Notes under the pieces: model-generated
The model's database searches: none
Told to the model about the DNA's origin: nothing
What the model saw: only the letters and a program-made list of their open reading frames with translations
Shown here: piece by piece, positions 1-18,067 of the stretch
Layout: every line of letters starts with the position of its first letter
Numbering within the stretch: the stretch's first letter is position 1
NCBI GenBank assembly: GCA_904063045.1
Contig: CAJFCJ010000001.1
Span: forward strand, 1,240,001 to 1,304,000
Direction: 5' to 3'
DNA: 64,000 bases
DNA from: Dimorphilus gyrociliatus
Taxonomy: Eukaryota; Animalia; Annelida
Made by a program: the position numbers and the translations under genes

Positions 1-798
1 GAGTTTTCAGCAAAACCAAGGTAATTGTAGGACCCCATATTCATGCACTTGGTTTTCTTTCCAGTGAGTGTGAAGGTCCATCCCTGGTCAGATGTTTCTC
101 TATCGATAAGATCGACATAGGCGGCGGGTACTGATGCGATGGGTCTGTTCCAACAATCTCTTATTCTTCTGTATAGGTTTCTTGTGTAGAATGCTTCAAA
201 GCTATTGTACAGTGGTACCCATCCTGGGATTATAGGCTCGGCGAAGGGAATTTTCTCAAGTCCAAGTCTTCTCAACAGGTCTCTCATATGACCAAATATT
301 ATGAGTACGCCATATCCCAAATATGTTAGGACTGCAACTGGCAACGGGGTTTCTTCAAAGCTTTCATGGAACGTTTCAAGTATAGCTTTATTTTGATTAG
401 TGCCATTTTCTGCCTGATGAGTAATAAAAAGTAACACTTCAGGTCATCTGATTACAATCAACTATTTTCATAAAGAAAAGAAGATATTTAAAAGTCCGAT
501 TTAACAATATAATTAATCAAAAACAGATTTTTAAATTGAAAAACTTAAAATTTGGCGACACTTCTAAAGCGTAAATATTTTCAGCTATGTTTTGGTAACT
601 AATAAACAATGGTATTTCAACATTAATAACGTAATACTGTTATAAATACAATTTCTGTCTCGTCGGTTTTAATCTTACCTGTCTTGCATGAGTTCCATTT
701 ACAGTCTTTTGAGTCTTTTCAGCATGTACGTGACCATTCGTTTTAGATTTTGTGGAAAATTGAGTTGTAGAATTATCCCCACCCTTGGTCGCCGCCAT
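1..798 (-). CDS. SPTLC2: Serine palmitoyltransferase long-chain-base subunit 2, 5' part (continues off the left edge)
   Basis: Absent from the ORF track; translated by hand. Exon 1 is 798-679 (MAATKGG...HARQ, GT donor). Exon 2 runs from 413 leftward in phase 0: ESFEETPLPVAVLTYLGYGVLIIFGHMRD...FYTRNLYRRIRDCWNRPIASVP...NMGSYNYLGFAEN, matching LCB2/SPTLC2 motifs. Confidence 0.93.
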
Positions 799-1033
799 TT
801 TGTCAAAAATGACTCACTAAAGTTATTATCGTAAACTGTAGAAAAAATTACTAAAACTTGAAAAAAATGTTATTTAATTTTCTCTATATTTTTAAACAAA
901 AACTAGATTTTTTTTAGGTCATGTCCACCATATTAGACGAGTCTTTAAACATTTGCTAATCGAGATCCGATTGTCGCCAATTACTCTCAAAAAAGCCAAC
1001 ATTTTACGTAATTTTGAAGTCACATGCAATAAA

Positions 1034-6165
<5,132 letters not shown>

Positions 6166-6860
6166 ATATATATTCATAAAACTAAATATATTTGTGATTC
6201 TTTGACAAAATTAACATTTTTGCTTGCTATCCGCTGCTTGTGTTTTACAGTAACTGACTGGAAATCCTGCTTTGAACAAAAAAAATAACAGTGAGCGAAA
6301 ATGGTGTTGGCGCATTTGCATGGTTTTTAAGAGGGGCTATTCAAACATATATAAAATAAACCGCTTTTTGTTATTTTAGTTTCTCCTGACGGAGGTGATT
6401 TTTTTCGCTTGTAATTACTTTTTATAGCTAATTACTCATTTCTTTTCTCTCTTCATGTTTATGTGCATAATGCTAATGTTCATGCTCAATTACCTCTAAA
6501 TTTCGTAATTCAAATATCCGCTCTATAGAAGCCTTCTTTTCCACAAATTTATTGATTCTTAAATGCATTCTAATTTGAACAATGTATATAGTTAAACTGT
6601 CCGGCTGTGCCATTTGTCGTTATATTAATAATATATTATAAGCTAATACAAATAAGGTTTTAGAATTTAGAATGTTGTTTTCCTTTAATAAAAAAATATA
6701 TAACTCTTTAGTTGTTTTTTCCAACAAACATGACTTTTTTTACGATCAGTTACACAGGATAAATATTTAAAGCGATAATTAACTCAATGAATATCTTTAT
6801 ACTGGCACTGTTTTACGTATAAATATTTTATTTCCATTACTCGAAAATGTGTTCTATTCA

Positions 6861-6871
6861 GCGCCATCTAG
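6861..6871. promoter_or_regulatory. CTCF-like site GCGCCATCTAG upstream of DHDDS
   Basis: Matches the AGRTGGCGC core of the bilaterian CTCF motif. An identical 11-mer occurs reversed at 60334-60344, and GCCATCTGGTG at 11928-11938. Confidence 0.4.
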
Positions 6872-6956
6872 TAAAAATATTTAAACTAAACGAAGAGAAT
6901 GTATGCGCATTTCCTTTTCCGCTCAGCTAATGTTACGCTGGAATAGCCAACTCAAC

Positions 6957-6977
6957 TGCTCATTATCGCTCTCTTTG
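6957..6977 (+). promoter_or_regulatory. Promoter element TGCTcATTATCGCTCTCTTTG, 40 bp upstream of the DHDDS ATG
   Basis: 20 of 21 nt identical to 61396-61416 upstream of EEF1B2. Confidence 0.65.
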
Positions 6978-7017
6978 ACGTGTCTTCTCTCGGCAGATTG
7001 TTGACAACCGTCCCAAA

Positions 7018-8010
7018 ATGTCGTGGATTCGGCAATCTGATGAGAAAAAAAGTTCTACAAGAATATTAGTAGAAAAAATTATTAAAGAGGGAAAGATTCC
7101 ATCTCATATTGCCATAATAATGGACGGTAACCGCCGATTTGCTCGGAAAAATGGTTTATCATCTGTTCAAATGGGCCATAGTTTAGGTTTTGAAACTCTG
7201 GCCAATACTTTGGAGTGGTGTTCACACTTTGGAATAACAACTGTCACTGTATACGCATTTAGTATTGAAAATTACAAGCGAAGTGAGGAAGAATTGGCTG
7301 GACTTTGGAATATTGTTAGAGAAAAGATGAACAGATTATTTCAGGAAGAGGGTAAGCTTAGGGAAAAAGGCGTGCGTGTAAGAATATTAGGAAATTTATC
7401 ACTTTTGCCTAAAGATATTCAAAAATTAGTATCAAGAGCAATGAAAATGACATTGAACAATAATCAAGCAACACTGAATGTTTGCCTATCCTATACAAGT
7501 CGGGAGGAAATAGCCCAAGCCATGAAAAAATGCGCTCAAGGCGTCCAAGATGGAATAATTTTATCCTCTGATATCGACGAACGCGTCTTAGAAAGATGTC
7601 TTTATACTGCTGATGAACACGGATATAATCCTCCACAGCTTCTTATAAGGACATCTGGGGAAGTTAGATTAAGTGACTTTCTGCTGTGGCAATCTTCTTT
7701 TTCTGTATTGTCATTTGTTAGAGTTTTATGGCCTGAATTTAGTGTTTGGCACTTTTACGGAGTACTTCTTCATTTTCAATCTTGCTGGGGAGAAGTTTCC
7801 AAGCTACTTGAAGAACATAAAAAAAATATCGAGGAACTTGACGAAAGAGAAATATTAGAGATTGTTTCAAGAGATTGTATAAAATGTTGTGATACAGAAC
7901 TGAACCAAAAAGTCAAAGATTATAAAGAAGATAGACAAATAAGGTTAAATAACTTTTTTCAATGGTTAAATCGACGAAGAGAAGAAACAATTGAATCAAT
8001 GCTTTTATAG
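7018..8010 (+). CDS. DHDDS: Dehydrodolichyl diphosphate synthase (cis-prenyltransferase), single exon
   Basis: cis-IPTase motifs PSHIAIIMDGNRRFARK, TVYAFSIENYKRS, LSYTSREEI and LLIRTSGEVRLSDFLLWQ. Confidence 0.95.
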   Translation: MSWIRQSDEKKSSTRILVEKIIKEGKIPSHIAIIMDGNRRFARKNGLSSVQMGHSLGFETLANTLEWCSHFGITTVTVYAFSIENYKRSEEELAGLWNIVREKMNRLFQEEGKLREKGVRVRILGNLSLLPKDIQKLVSRAMKMTLNNNQATLNVCLSYTSREEIAQAMKKCAQGVQDGIILSSDIDERVLERCLYTADEHGYNPPQLLIRTSGEVRLSDFLLWQSSFSVLSFVRVLWPEFSVWHFYGVLLHFQSCWGEVSKLLEEHKKNIEELDEREILEIVSRDCIKCCDTELNQKVKDYKEDRQIRLNNFFQWLNRRREETIESMLL

Positions 8011-8301
8011 GGTTTTCAATATGCAAATATCTTTTAGGAATTGAAATCTAATACGATTAATAATGATTAAAATTTCAACCACTTTTTCGTTAATCTAATT
8101 GCCATTTAATTATTTTCTGATCCGTCTCAAAAAATTAAAATATAGAGAAATATTGATAATATTCAAAATATTTTCAATTTATTCTTTTATTTTATTCAAT
8201 TATAACAGTCTTGACAAACTATTTATCAAGATTTTGCTTAAAAATCAATCACAAAAACTGAAAAAAAAACGAATAAAGTTCATTTTTACATAAATTTGGA
8301 A

Positions 8302-11300
8302 TTAAAAATCTTTTTTATTGAGACTTTTCTTAGTTTGTCCTCCCACAGAGAATAACAAGTGCTTACTAGTTAAGAACTTTGATAATAACATAAAAAGGTT
8401 AAGAGCCAGTACCTTTGTCATAACAACAACGTAGTGAGATATACTTGTTCCTATATCTAACCAACTTCCTTCGTCTTTAATCATGAAGAAGAAATGAACT
8501 GCCATGGCATCACTAATGAATAAGATTAATGCAAACAATCCTTTTAGGGGAACTGATAGAGCAACGTGAATAGCATAGACTGCACATGTTGCAGTTAACA
8601 TGGGTAAAACAGTTTTAATGAATATTAGAGGTCCCATAATAAATGGTTTGAGAATTGTTGTAAAACAATAAGTGCTTGTTACATCAAAACTATTTATTGA
8701 AGCTATATTCCCTATTCCAAAAAAGCCTAATGTTACGAATATTAGATAAGCCACTGCTATCCGAATATCCCTTGCTTCCAGATTTCTTGCTGAAATAGAT
8801 GAACGAGAGAAGTGAATCCTCTCGATATTCTTTATCTTTGCCAATTGACATTCAACGTGAATCCACAGGATTAGCAGAAACGAATATATTGCAAAGAATA
8901 TAGCTTCGTACGACGTACTAAGTAACAGAATTAAAGTGAAAAATGATATTATAATACTGAAAAGTCTCTCGTAAAAATTAGTTGACATTATCATAGGAGT
9001 TAAAAGAAGAACTGGAATAGACGTCCAACTATATATTTGATTGAATATCGGCAAGCCTAAATTCTGATTGATGCTCCGAGAAGTAGTGAATACAATATAA
9101 CTTGTGAAAGCTATCATAATAATTTGAAAGATAAATATCTTTCGATCAAGTTTGTTGTTGATCCTTAAAAATGATGTAAGCAATTAGTATTTAGAAGCAA
9201 TGAAAAACAATAAAAATTACCTATTTCTGAAAAGGAAATATAAAATAGCGCTGAGAATAAAGAAAGAGAAGCCCACTCCATATCTGTATAATGTTATGGA
9301 AGGAAAAGCAGGATATTAGTCTTTATTTACTATTTGTTTTGTTTTTATGGTAAAGAATTCTTACACTAAATAATGTTGACTGGAAATTCCAACTACGGGT
9401 AATAAAGGGAATATTGCAACACTTATACACGTAATCGGCCATAGGACTCTTAGTTTTCCATCTAATAGTTGCTTTGCAGGATTATATAATATTGTAAACA
9501 GAGAGATTACAAGCAATTGATAGGTTAATGATGCTCTATTAAAATACGCCCACACCTGAAAGAGTTAATAATACATCAAACAACTATTCATAATATTATG
9601 GAAAAAGTATCATTTTTTACCATTGATTCTATCCATAAAATGCCTATTGTTGCAGTGAGAAAATAAGTAGTTTTATGCATTGAGAGAGAATTGAAAAATA
9701 CGTCCATGTTGATGTTTGTTAAAAGTTCACTTGTAACATTATACCATATAAGTATTGGTAGAATACAATATGTATAATTCATCCAAGGAAGATTTTGAAT
9801 AAAAAGGAGACAAACGGTTATTAGTATCAAAAAACCAGCAAGGATTCTGTTATAAAGCATTAAATTCTTATATTTTTTTGTATAATCGAATTTTTGAGCT
9901 TTTAAATTGGAAAAATTTTTGAGAATAACTATAGAAATATAGCCCAAAAGTCCCAAGAAACTTAACGTTATACAAGCCCTAAAAAATTATATTGTCATTA
10001 AAAATTTGTCTAAAATTTAACAACAAACCATAAGAAAAATCTATCATAATGATGATAATAAAGAAGGCCGTTTAGTGATAATTTTATAAGATCTTTAGAT
10101 AGTTTTATCTAAAAAAGGAATGTTAAAATATACTTGTACTATAAAATTTATATTAATATTTAATATGAATAAACTTACTGTAGTATTATAGTTTCCTGAT
10201 TTAAATGATTCGATAATTCGTCTATGGAAATTCAGTAGTATGGAAGGTGTTAGAAGTCTGATTGTATGGAAATATATCTATATATGTATATTTATGCATA
10301 TACTACGTCTGTATTATTCCTTACTTATATGGTGAAAATAGCATTGAAAATGTAGTTTGCTGTTTTTCTTTCATTTTAACCTGGACATATCGAAATTAGC
10401 AAGGTTTTTGATATCTTAAGTTTTGTTTACTAACTTCAAAGGAGGCGGAGACTTGCTTTGCATTGGCAAATATTGCATCAGCAATATATTTTTCACTTCC
10501 GGACAAGTATTCAACGGGTAACGTTCCCTGATTATGTAAAATATAGGATGAATTTAGAAAAAGAGGAATAGAAAAAGATTTATACTATTACTAACCACAG
10601 AATTAGCTGGGAAATTTACACCTATCAAACCTGCCATAAGGGCAGCCACATCAGCCTACAAAGTTACGGATATAAAAATCAATTTTCGCTTATTGATAAT
10701 ATAAACCTGTTCTACATCCTTTCTAACCAAATTGTCCAAGTTCCATGTACTCTCCTCCACCGATATTTTTCTATTAGACTTTTCGGGACCCTTGACTCCA
10801 GCTCCCCAAGCTACGAGAGGAGTCAGTGTTTCACTTGGATATCCACCTCCGTGAGTTCCTTGGAAATAATACGATAATCTAATTTAACAGATATTCCATT
10901 AGCTTTAAAACTAACCCCAAGCCGTCATTCCATGATCTGCTGTAAATACATAAGCCGTCTTTTTATCATTGTTATAGAATTCCTCAATCCTCTCAACTGA
11001 CTTCTTTATAATGTCGTCAACAACATTTATATTATCTAGATATTGCCTACAAACAAATTATAAGAATAATAATAATTATTAAAGAATATTCAATGATTCT
11101 ATGAATGGAACCTTGAATGAGGTTTATATGCGTGGCCATTTGTGTCTATACCAAGTAAATGAATAAACAGTACGACTTTATCTCTGTTGACGATCTTATT
11201 TAATGTACTATTCGTTGTTGCATTCCTAAGGAATTCCTGTAATGTGTGTTAGTGGATTAGTAAAATTCTTCAAGTGATGGTCAAATTGAATAGAATACTT

Positions 11301-11838
11301 TAATCATGTTGTAGACAGTTAAGTCTAGAGTGTATGGATTTTCAGCAGCCATATCATAAATCTCTTCCGAGTATACAAAACTCTTTACGTGCCCATCACG
11401 GACACCGTTTTCAAACATGGGAACAACATCAAAACTACCGAAAGAAAAAGTATAGCTGCTCTGATTGAAAACTGAATCAAATTCGACAGCGTTTTCTTTC
11501 CATCCCTTTGCCACTGAACTGACATCTTCGTAGAACCCAGCTATCATGGCAACATGTCCCGGTCGAGTTTCTGTAGGAACTCTTGTATGAGAAACTCCCC
11601 AAGAACCCTTCTCTTCTATAATTTTTCTCAAATAGGGTGACCTCTGTCTTTCTATATAAAATGTATCTGCACGTAATCCATCACCTACGAATAAAACCAA
11701 TCTCTTGGCAGGTGAGGAAGTCTTTGGAGAATGTAAATCCATTCCATGAGTTAATGGAGAAGAAAAGTATATATCAAAAATTGAATAAAAGAGAATAACA
11801 TGAACAATAAATCCTAATAAAAAATATTTCCAATTCAT
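8302..11838 (-). CDS. PIGN: GPI ethanolamine phosphate transferase 1, multi-exon
   Basis: PAKRLVLFVGDGLRAD, SHTRVPTETRPGHVAMIAGFYED, exon HLLGIDTNGH (about 11110-11190), SDHGM..GTHGGG, and C-terminal TM region FFGIGNIASINSFD...EGSWLDIGTSISHY. Confidence 0.95.
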
Positions 11839-12281
11839 TATTAAGTTACGATGATGTGTTCTTAACTCTTAGTAACTAAACAGCAAATTCTTAAATATCG
11901 ACCAATAAAAGAAAACTGGTAGACTAGGCCATCTGGTGTGTTTGTATGTTATTTTACAACTGATTATTTTCTTTCGAAAGTCTATTGTGTTAGTCTAAGA
12001 AATAGTCTGGGAAATCAAATATAACAATCACTTATGTGCAAATGTACGCCTTTTATTCCATAAAGTTTGTTTAGAACAAATATTTTCTGTAAATTTCCTT
12101 AGTTAAAAATTAGTAGAGGAGGAAATCCTATCATAAATATACCTCTATAAGGTCAATTTCTGCTATAGACATTATCCATACAACAGAGTATGTACAAATG
12201 CAAGAAAATCAAGAAACATACTTTTAGAATTTTTTTTCGTAAAAAAAAAACCAAAACTGAACTTTTTATTTCATTTAGTTT

Positions 12282-15200
12282 TCATTGCATATTTAATACT
12301 TCGTCCCATTTGATATTGACTGAAAATACTTCCTCCTCTAGCCATGATTTATAATGACGTTTAAATTCATTTGTCAGTTCAACATGCTTCCCTAGAACGC
12401 TTTGTAAACAATTATCAACAGGAGTCAAATCGGGATCGATATTTCCTTCGTATCTTCTACTATTAAATCTATCAACGTTGGAACGAAGAGCACATTCTTC
12501 AGCCTGAAAATCCCATGGTCGTGCGTCCATATCTTTAGGGTTTTTTTTAAATATAGTTATTACAAATATAAAAGAATATTATGAAAATATATAGTATATT
12601 TACCATTTCCATAAGCCCAATCGTCGTTAAGCCGATGGCGAACTTTTTGATAAATTGCTGACATTATTTTCATATTGTTCTTCCTCCATTGTCTTCCTAA
12701 ATATTTCGTCTGTACAAAGAGAAAAAAAGAATTGAATAGGGAAATTAAAAAAGATATTATACTAATACAAACCTGCATTTTTAATAATTTTAAAACATAT
12801 AATTGTGCCATAGCTTGAAGAATTTTCATTGCTCTCTTCAAGATTGGAGCAGATTTAAAAATAACCAACATCTATTTAGAAATTAATAGAAAATGGTAAT
12901 ATTGGAATTAATTAGAAAATATTTAATAAAAAGCATACCATTGTTCTTGAGTGTTTCCATTTAGTTAACTTATTAAGAATACGCAATAAGTTTATACAAG
13001 AAAATAGGTTCCTCCAACAGTATGTTTGAGTATCGCCAGATTCCTAAAAAAGTAATTAATTATTATCAAATAGAATATCCTAGAATAAAATTTTAACAAT
13101 GGTATTAACTTACTAGAGTGTCAGCTGTTAATTCAGACTGCTCTCCAATGATACATCTTGGAAAATCCAAAATAGAAATTGTATTCTTAGCAGTCACGTA
13201 ACCAACAATATTTTGGTTGAAAAATTTCAGAATCAAAGGAATACAATTAGCAAAAACCAAATGTTGACTCATATATTCAAATTGATAAACGTGATTCAAT
13301 TTGAAATGTTTTAATAGAAGTAAGATTAAACTAGAAATTCCTTTTACTATAATCTCTTTGTGACGATTTACGTCAATTCCTAATTTCATAGAATGCAAAA
13401 CTGTTGTAGGCATTTCTTCAGGTAGTACATCAGCTAATATGTTGACAGAGTCTGTTCGCGCTTTTGAAGTGGGAGCAGCAGCCAGAAGAATCTATAGATG
13501 GTATTAATAATATATCAAGGACAATAAAGGGACAAAGTACTAAACACTTACTTTTAATAGAGCTATCATGTACTGAGGGAGGGATGAAAATAGATCTTCA
13601 TATAGAATTTCTGCTTTGCTTTGCTCTATTTCTTTTTCACCCTTTGTTAAAGGATACTTTGCAATTTCTTCTTCTCTTTTCATTTGAATTTCGCTCAAAG
13701 AAACATAAATTTTATTCTTAAGCACCTAAATATCATAAAAATAGTTATATAAATCACAAATGTTATAGATTTATTTTCAAAGATTTACCCTTATTCCCTC
13801 GTGAATAGGTTTTGGTAATCCAGCCATAGAGGTAACATCCCCTTTAACTGTTAAACCTACAAATTTATCCCTAGTGTGTTCGATAAAACTCTCCAAATCT
13901 TTTTGCCTAACTTTCGGAAGCCATGGTAAACATCTAATGATAGCAGGAGGTGGAGTTGGAGGGCCATTTTCTAATTCTTTATCATCCTCTTCAAGCCCTC
14001 CCTGTTTCCTCATTTTTTCAGTCTTTTTTAAACCAGAAGCCACCATATTTGATTGTTCGATAATATCTGCGGCTGAGGTGGGTGGCGAACTCGCCCGCAT
14101 TTTCTTACACACCTCTAAACTATTTTCATTCCATTCTGGAAGGTTAGCCTTACGTCTGGCGGCATTTTTTAATTCATGAAAGTTACTCAGACCACCAAGG
14201 GTGAATAGGGTAATTTTCCACAAAAGTAGAAGAACTTTTTTCATAGGAAAATGAGGAGCAGAACCGCCACAGAATTTTGTTACCATTCCAAAAAGACAGA
14301 CAATTAGAGTTTCATCACCGCATGGAAGAGACACTGTTTAAATAGATTTTTATTTAATTAAAACATCCCACACTTGAATATTCAAAATGAATTGACTCAC
14401 AAAGCTCTTCCTTAAACTGTTCTCGAATCTTTTGTCTTTCTTCTGATTCGCTTGCAAATGGAGTTCTGATACTTTCCAATACAGTGTAAATAACGTTTAG
14501 AATAAGTCTAGATAAAAAAAAATCAAAAATTGAGAATGCTTTCTTTAAAAATACTATCAATATAGAGTATATAAGTAAAAACCTTATATGAACACTGTCC
14601 GCTAAAGAAACGGCAGGTTTTCTCACCGATGATGCATTCGTAGCGTTTATAATTCTAATATTTATAAAAAGAGATGATAGTTGATAGTTAGGCATTGGTT
14701 AAGTAACTTCTTTAACTTACTCCGTATATAGTTCATCCACAAAATAGTGAAAAACACCATTTCTATACAACAGAAAACTATTATCGATTGCTTCTTCTCT
14801 CTGATCATATTCAGTTTCGCATTCACCAAAAACACCTAATTAATTAAAGATATTTCAATTTATCGCTAAATCTAAACCTAGTTGTATTACCTTGAACCAG
14901 ATAAAGGAATATTCTCATCACTTCCACTCGAGTCAATCGATCAGAAGAGTCGAGAAGATTCAATAATGATAATATAAACTCTCGTTTTGTATGATCGTCC
15001 ACTTGGAGCCAATTTTTTCCAACTAGACATTATGAAGAGTGAGAAAACGCAAAAATTAGCTTAGAAATAATGGAAATAAAGGGCAGCTTACATCGAGCTT
15101 CAAAAAACTCTTTGCCGATTGGTAACTCAATTTCTTCTGTGTAACTATATAATTCTAAAAATAGAAAATTACAAACAATATATTTCTGAAATACGATACT

Positions 15201-15289
15201 TTAATGTGAATCTATTTACCCGCTATTTCATTTTCATAACAATCAGAATCTGAGTACACAAACTGCAATTCTGGCATATCGTCTGCCAT
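12282..15289 (-). CDS. STRIP1: Striatin-interacting protein (FAM40/STRIP), multi-exon
   Basis: [11 protein letters not shown]...[95 protein letters not shown]. Start at MADDMPE is provisional; STRIP1 versus STRIP2 cannot be resolved in an invertebrate. Confidence 0.92.
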
Positions 15290-15768
15290 GGCTAGTGAGA
15301 ATTTAACCTTACGGCGAGAAAGAGATTGGTGTAATTCACTGGCTTTTAAAATTGCTGATTGACTGTCATAATGTCTTAGACTTGAGAAAACTATACACCA
15401 ATTCTGCAAAACTGCAATTTAGTGCGGTTCAGAGATCCAAGCAAACTCTGGTATGTCTAAAACCAAGTAAGAAATGAGCGAGACCAAAATTGGCTGACAA
15501 CAAAAAGTTTATCTGCTAAATACATTCTACATTGAACTATTAGAGATAACTAACATTGATTTAAAGATCAAAGAATCTTTAATAAGCATCAAAATGGTTT
15601 GAAGTTAATAAATTCGATATATTTCCGTTGAAATTTTATAGTTTACTCAAGCTTCGATGTCAAATGCTATAACCACCACTTTCGTATAATTCCTAGCGTA
15701 CTTTAGCATACCCGTCTGTTAGCCAGTGCCTGTGAGAATCACACACATATCCTAACTCCATGCGGCAT

Positions 15769-15780
15769 ATTATCGCTCAC
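15769..15780 (+). promoter_or_regulatory. ATTATCGCTCAC element in the STRIP/CLPTM1L bidirectional promoter
   Basis: Same core as 6962 and 61401; 78 bp upstream of the CLPTM1L ATG. An identical 12-mer lies reversed at 32809-32820. Confidence 0.55.
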
Positions 15781-15858
15781 AGTCTTCTCTCCATTTCCTG
15801 AAAAAATAGTTTTTGTTGAGCAATTTTACCTGAGAGTTCATCAAACCTCAATATAAAA

Positions 15859-17736
15859 ATGATAAAACTAAATTTCACTTTCTTTTTATCTGTTGCTTTC
15901 ATAGTGTACATAGGAAATTCTTTATACAGCATCGGCAAAATGTTTTTTCCTCAAGATTGTCCGGTTGGTCAAAAATGCCTTGGTCCCTTTTTAGCTCGAA
16001 ATCCTGAGATGGAATTGAAGGTGTACACATCAAGAGCGTTTAAATTGACTCATGGATCTGCCGCAAGAGATTTAAAACTAATTTGGAATTATAGCAACTT
16101 TAGTTTCTACGAAGAAGTTACCAAGTAAAATTTTCAATTATCCCCGTCAAAGTTATTTTAAAAAAAACTAACATAATTTTATAGAGAATTGGAAGTCGAT
16201 ATGCCTAGGCAAACAAGAAAGAATGGAAGCTTATACATTCATGCTGCCTTAGTCATGAGGGGAGAAGAACCTTTTACTGGTCGTTCTCTGATGTCTTATG
16301 CAGTCACAAGACATACAACTTACACACCAAAGCAGGCCGAAGCCTTTAAACTCATGACTGAGAATTCTACAGCAAAAAAAGCTCCGATTGACGATAGACC
16401 AATTAGTCATTGGCGTTCCAAATTATATATTAACGTTATGGCAAACTTAACCACTTTTGATTACAATTCCATACCCAGCGAATTGCATCAGGTGAATCAG
16501 AATAATAATTTTTTACAACAATTTAAATATATTAAGTAACCTATTTATATAAATATGGCTATCTGTCAAATATAATGTGTTGACAGGAAAACCGTACTAG
16601 CTTTGCAAAAATGTTTTTAACTAGACTTTCTATTAATAATTTATTCTGAATCATCTGGATAGTTTATAAGAATAACTGAAAGCAACGAATACATGCCATT
16701 CCTATATTTGAATGAACTAAGCAATCGAGTAAAGGATTTGATGCCTTTGAACCAGAGTGCTAAAACTATGCCTTTAACTATTCACTATTCACCAATTTCA
16801 TTGGGAAAAATGAGATTATTTGTTACGATGCAACAATCTATTGAGCAACTGCATACTTGGGGATTTTCTGAGAAAGACGGTGATGAAATCAAAGGAATAT
16901 TTGTAGATACTGATTTTTATTTACTTATGCTAACTTTCATGGTTGCTGCTTTTCACATGCTCTTTGACATTCTAGCATTCAAGAACGACTTTCACTTTTG
17001 GAAGGGGAAAAAAAATATGGTTGGCCTTAGCACTAGAACGGTACTTTGGCGCTGTTTCAGCACCATAATTATCTTCTTTTATTTATTGGATGAAAAGACT
17101 TCATTACTTGTTTTAATACCCTGTGGAGTAAGTGTAGCTATGGAACTATGGAAATTGACTAAAGCCTTCAAATTAAAAATTACATGGAGTGGGTTGAAAC
17201 CAAAATTTGAGCTAGGAACAACTACTGACAAAGAAAAAGATACATTACAATTCGACAGACAAGCAATGAAGTATTTATCCTACGTCTTGTATCCGCTTTG
17301 TTTAGGGGGTGCAATTTATTCTTTATTGTATACACCGCACAAAGGATGGTATTCTTGGTGTATTCAGAGCTTGGTCAATGGAGTTTATGCCTTTGGCTTC
17401 CTTTTCATGCTTCCGCAATTATTTGTTAATTATCAGGTTAGTGTACCTTGAAATATTAAATATAAACACATTTTCTTTCTCATCAAACATCAGTTAAAGT
17501 CTGTCGAACATCTACCATGGAGAACATTTATGTACAAGGCATTTAATACATTTATTGACGATGTCTTTGCATTCATTATAACTATGCCAACATCACATCG
17601 CTTAGCATGCTTCAGAGATGACGCTGTCTTTCTTATATACTTGTACCAGCGCTATCTCTATCCTGTCGATAAAAAGCGCGTCAACGAATATGGACAGACA
17701 TTTGAAGATGATCAAGCCGATAAAAAGGATAAGTAA
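15859..17736 (+). CDS. CLPTM1L: CLPTM1-like lipid scramblase
   Basis: N-terminal TM then C..CLGPFLARNPEMELKVYTS; PISLGKMR, FDILAFKNDFHFWKGKKNMVGLS, LFMLPQLFVNY, YKAFNTFIDDVFAFIITMPTSHRLACFRDD. The N-terminus is of the CLPTM1L rather than CLPTM1 type. Confidence 0.9.
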
Positions 17737-18067
17737 ATTACTACATACGTATTATTTTCAATCATTTTTCCAAATACATATATTTAAAATGTTAAAACTG
17801 TTACTTTGCCTTATATATAAATAAATATTTGTATGTTGTCAATGTAGAATTAAATACACAAAAAAAAAGAAATATTAAAAGCAGTTTTTCTAAAAAGTGT
17901 ATAATGATACACGTAGGCTTATTTGTAAACATTGTTCAACATAAATTCAATTTCAATGTATAAATCACTTCCACATTATCTTTTATTTATTAAAAAATTT
18001 TAAAAAGTATTAAATAATTATTAATCGTTAACGGTTATGATAAAAAAAATGTGTATATTGAAAAGAG

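Noticed and set aside
15640-15702. 20-codon uORF (MLKYARNY..EA*) on the minus strand upstream of STRIP
   Set aside because: Short uORFs are expected by chance, and neither the transcript structure nor any conservation can be assessed here.
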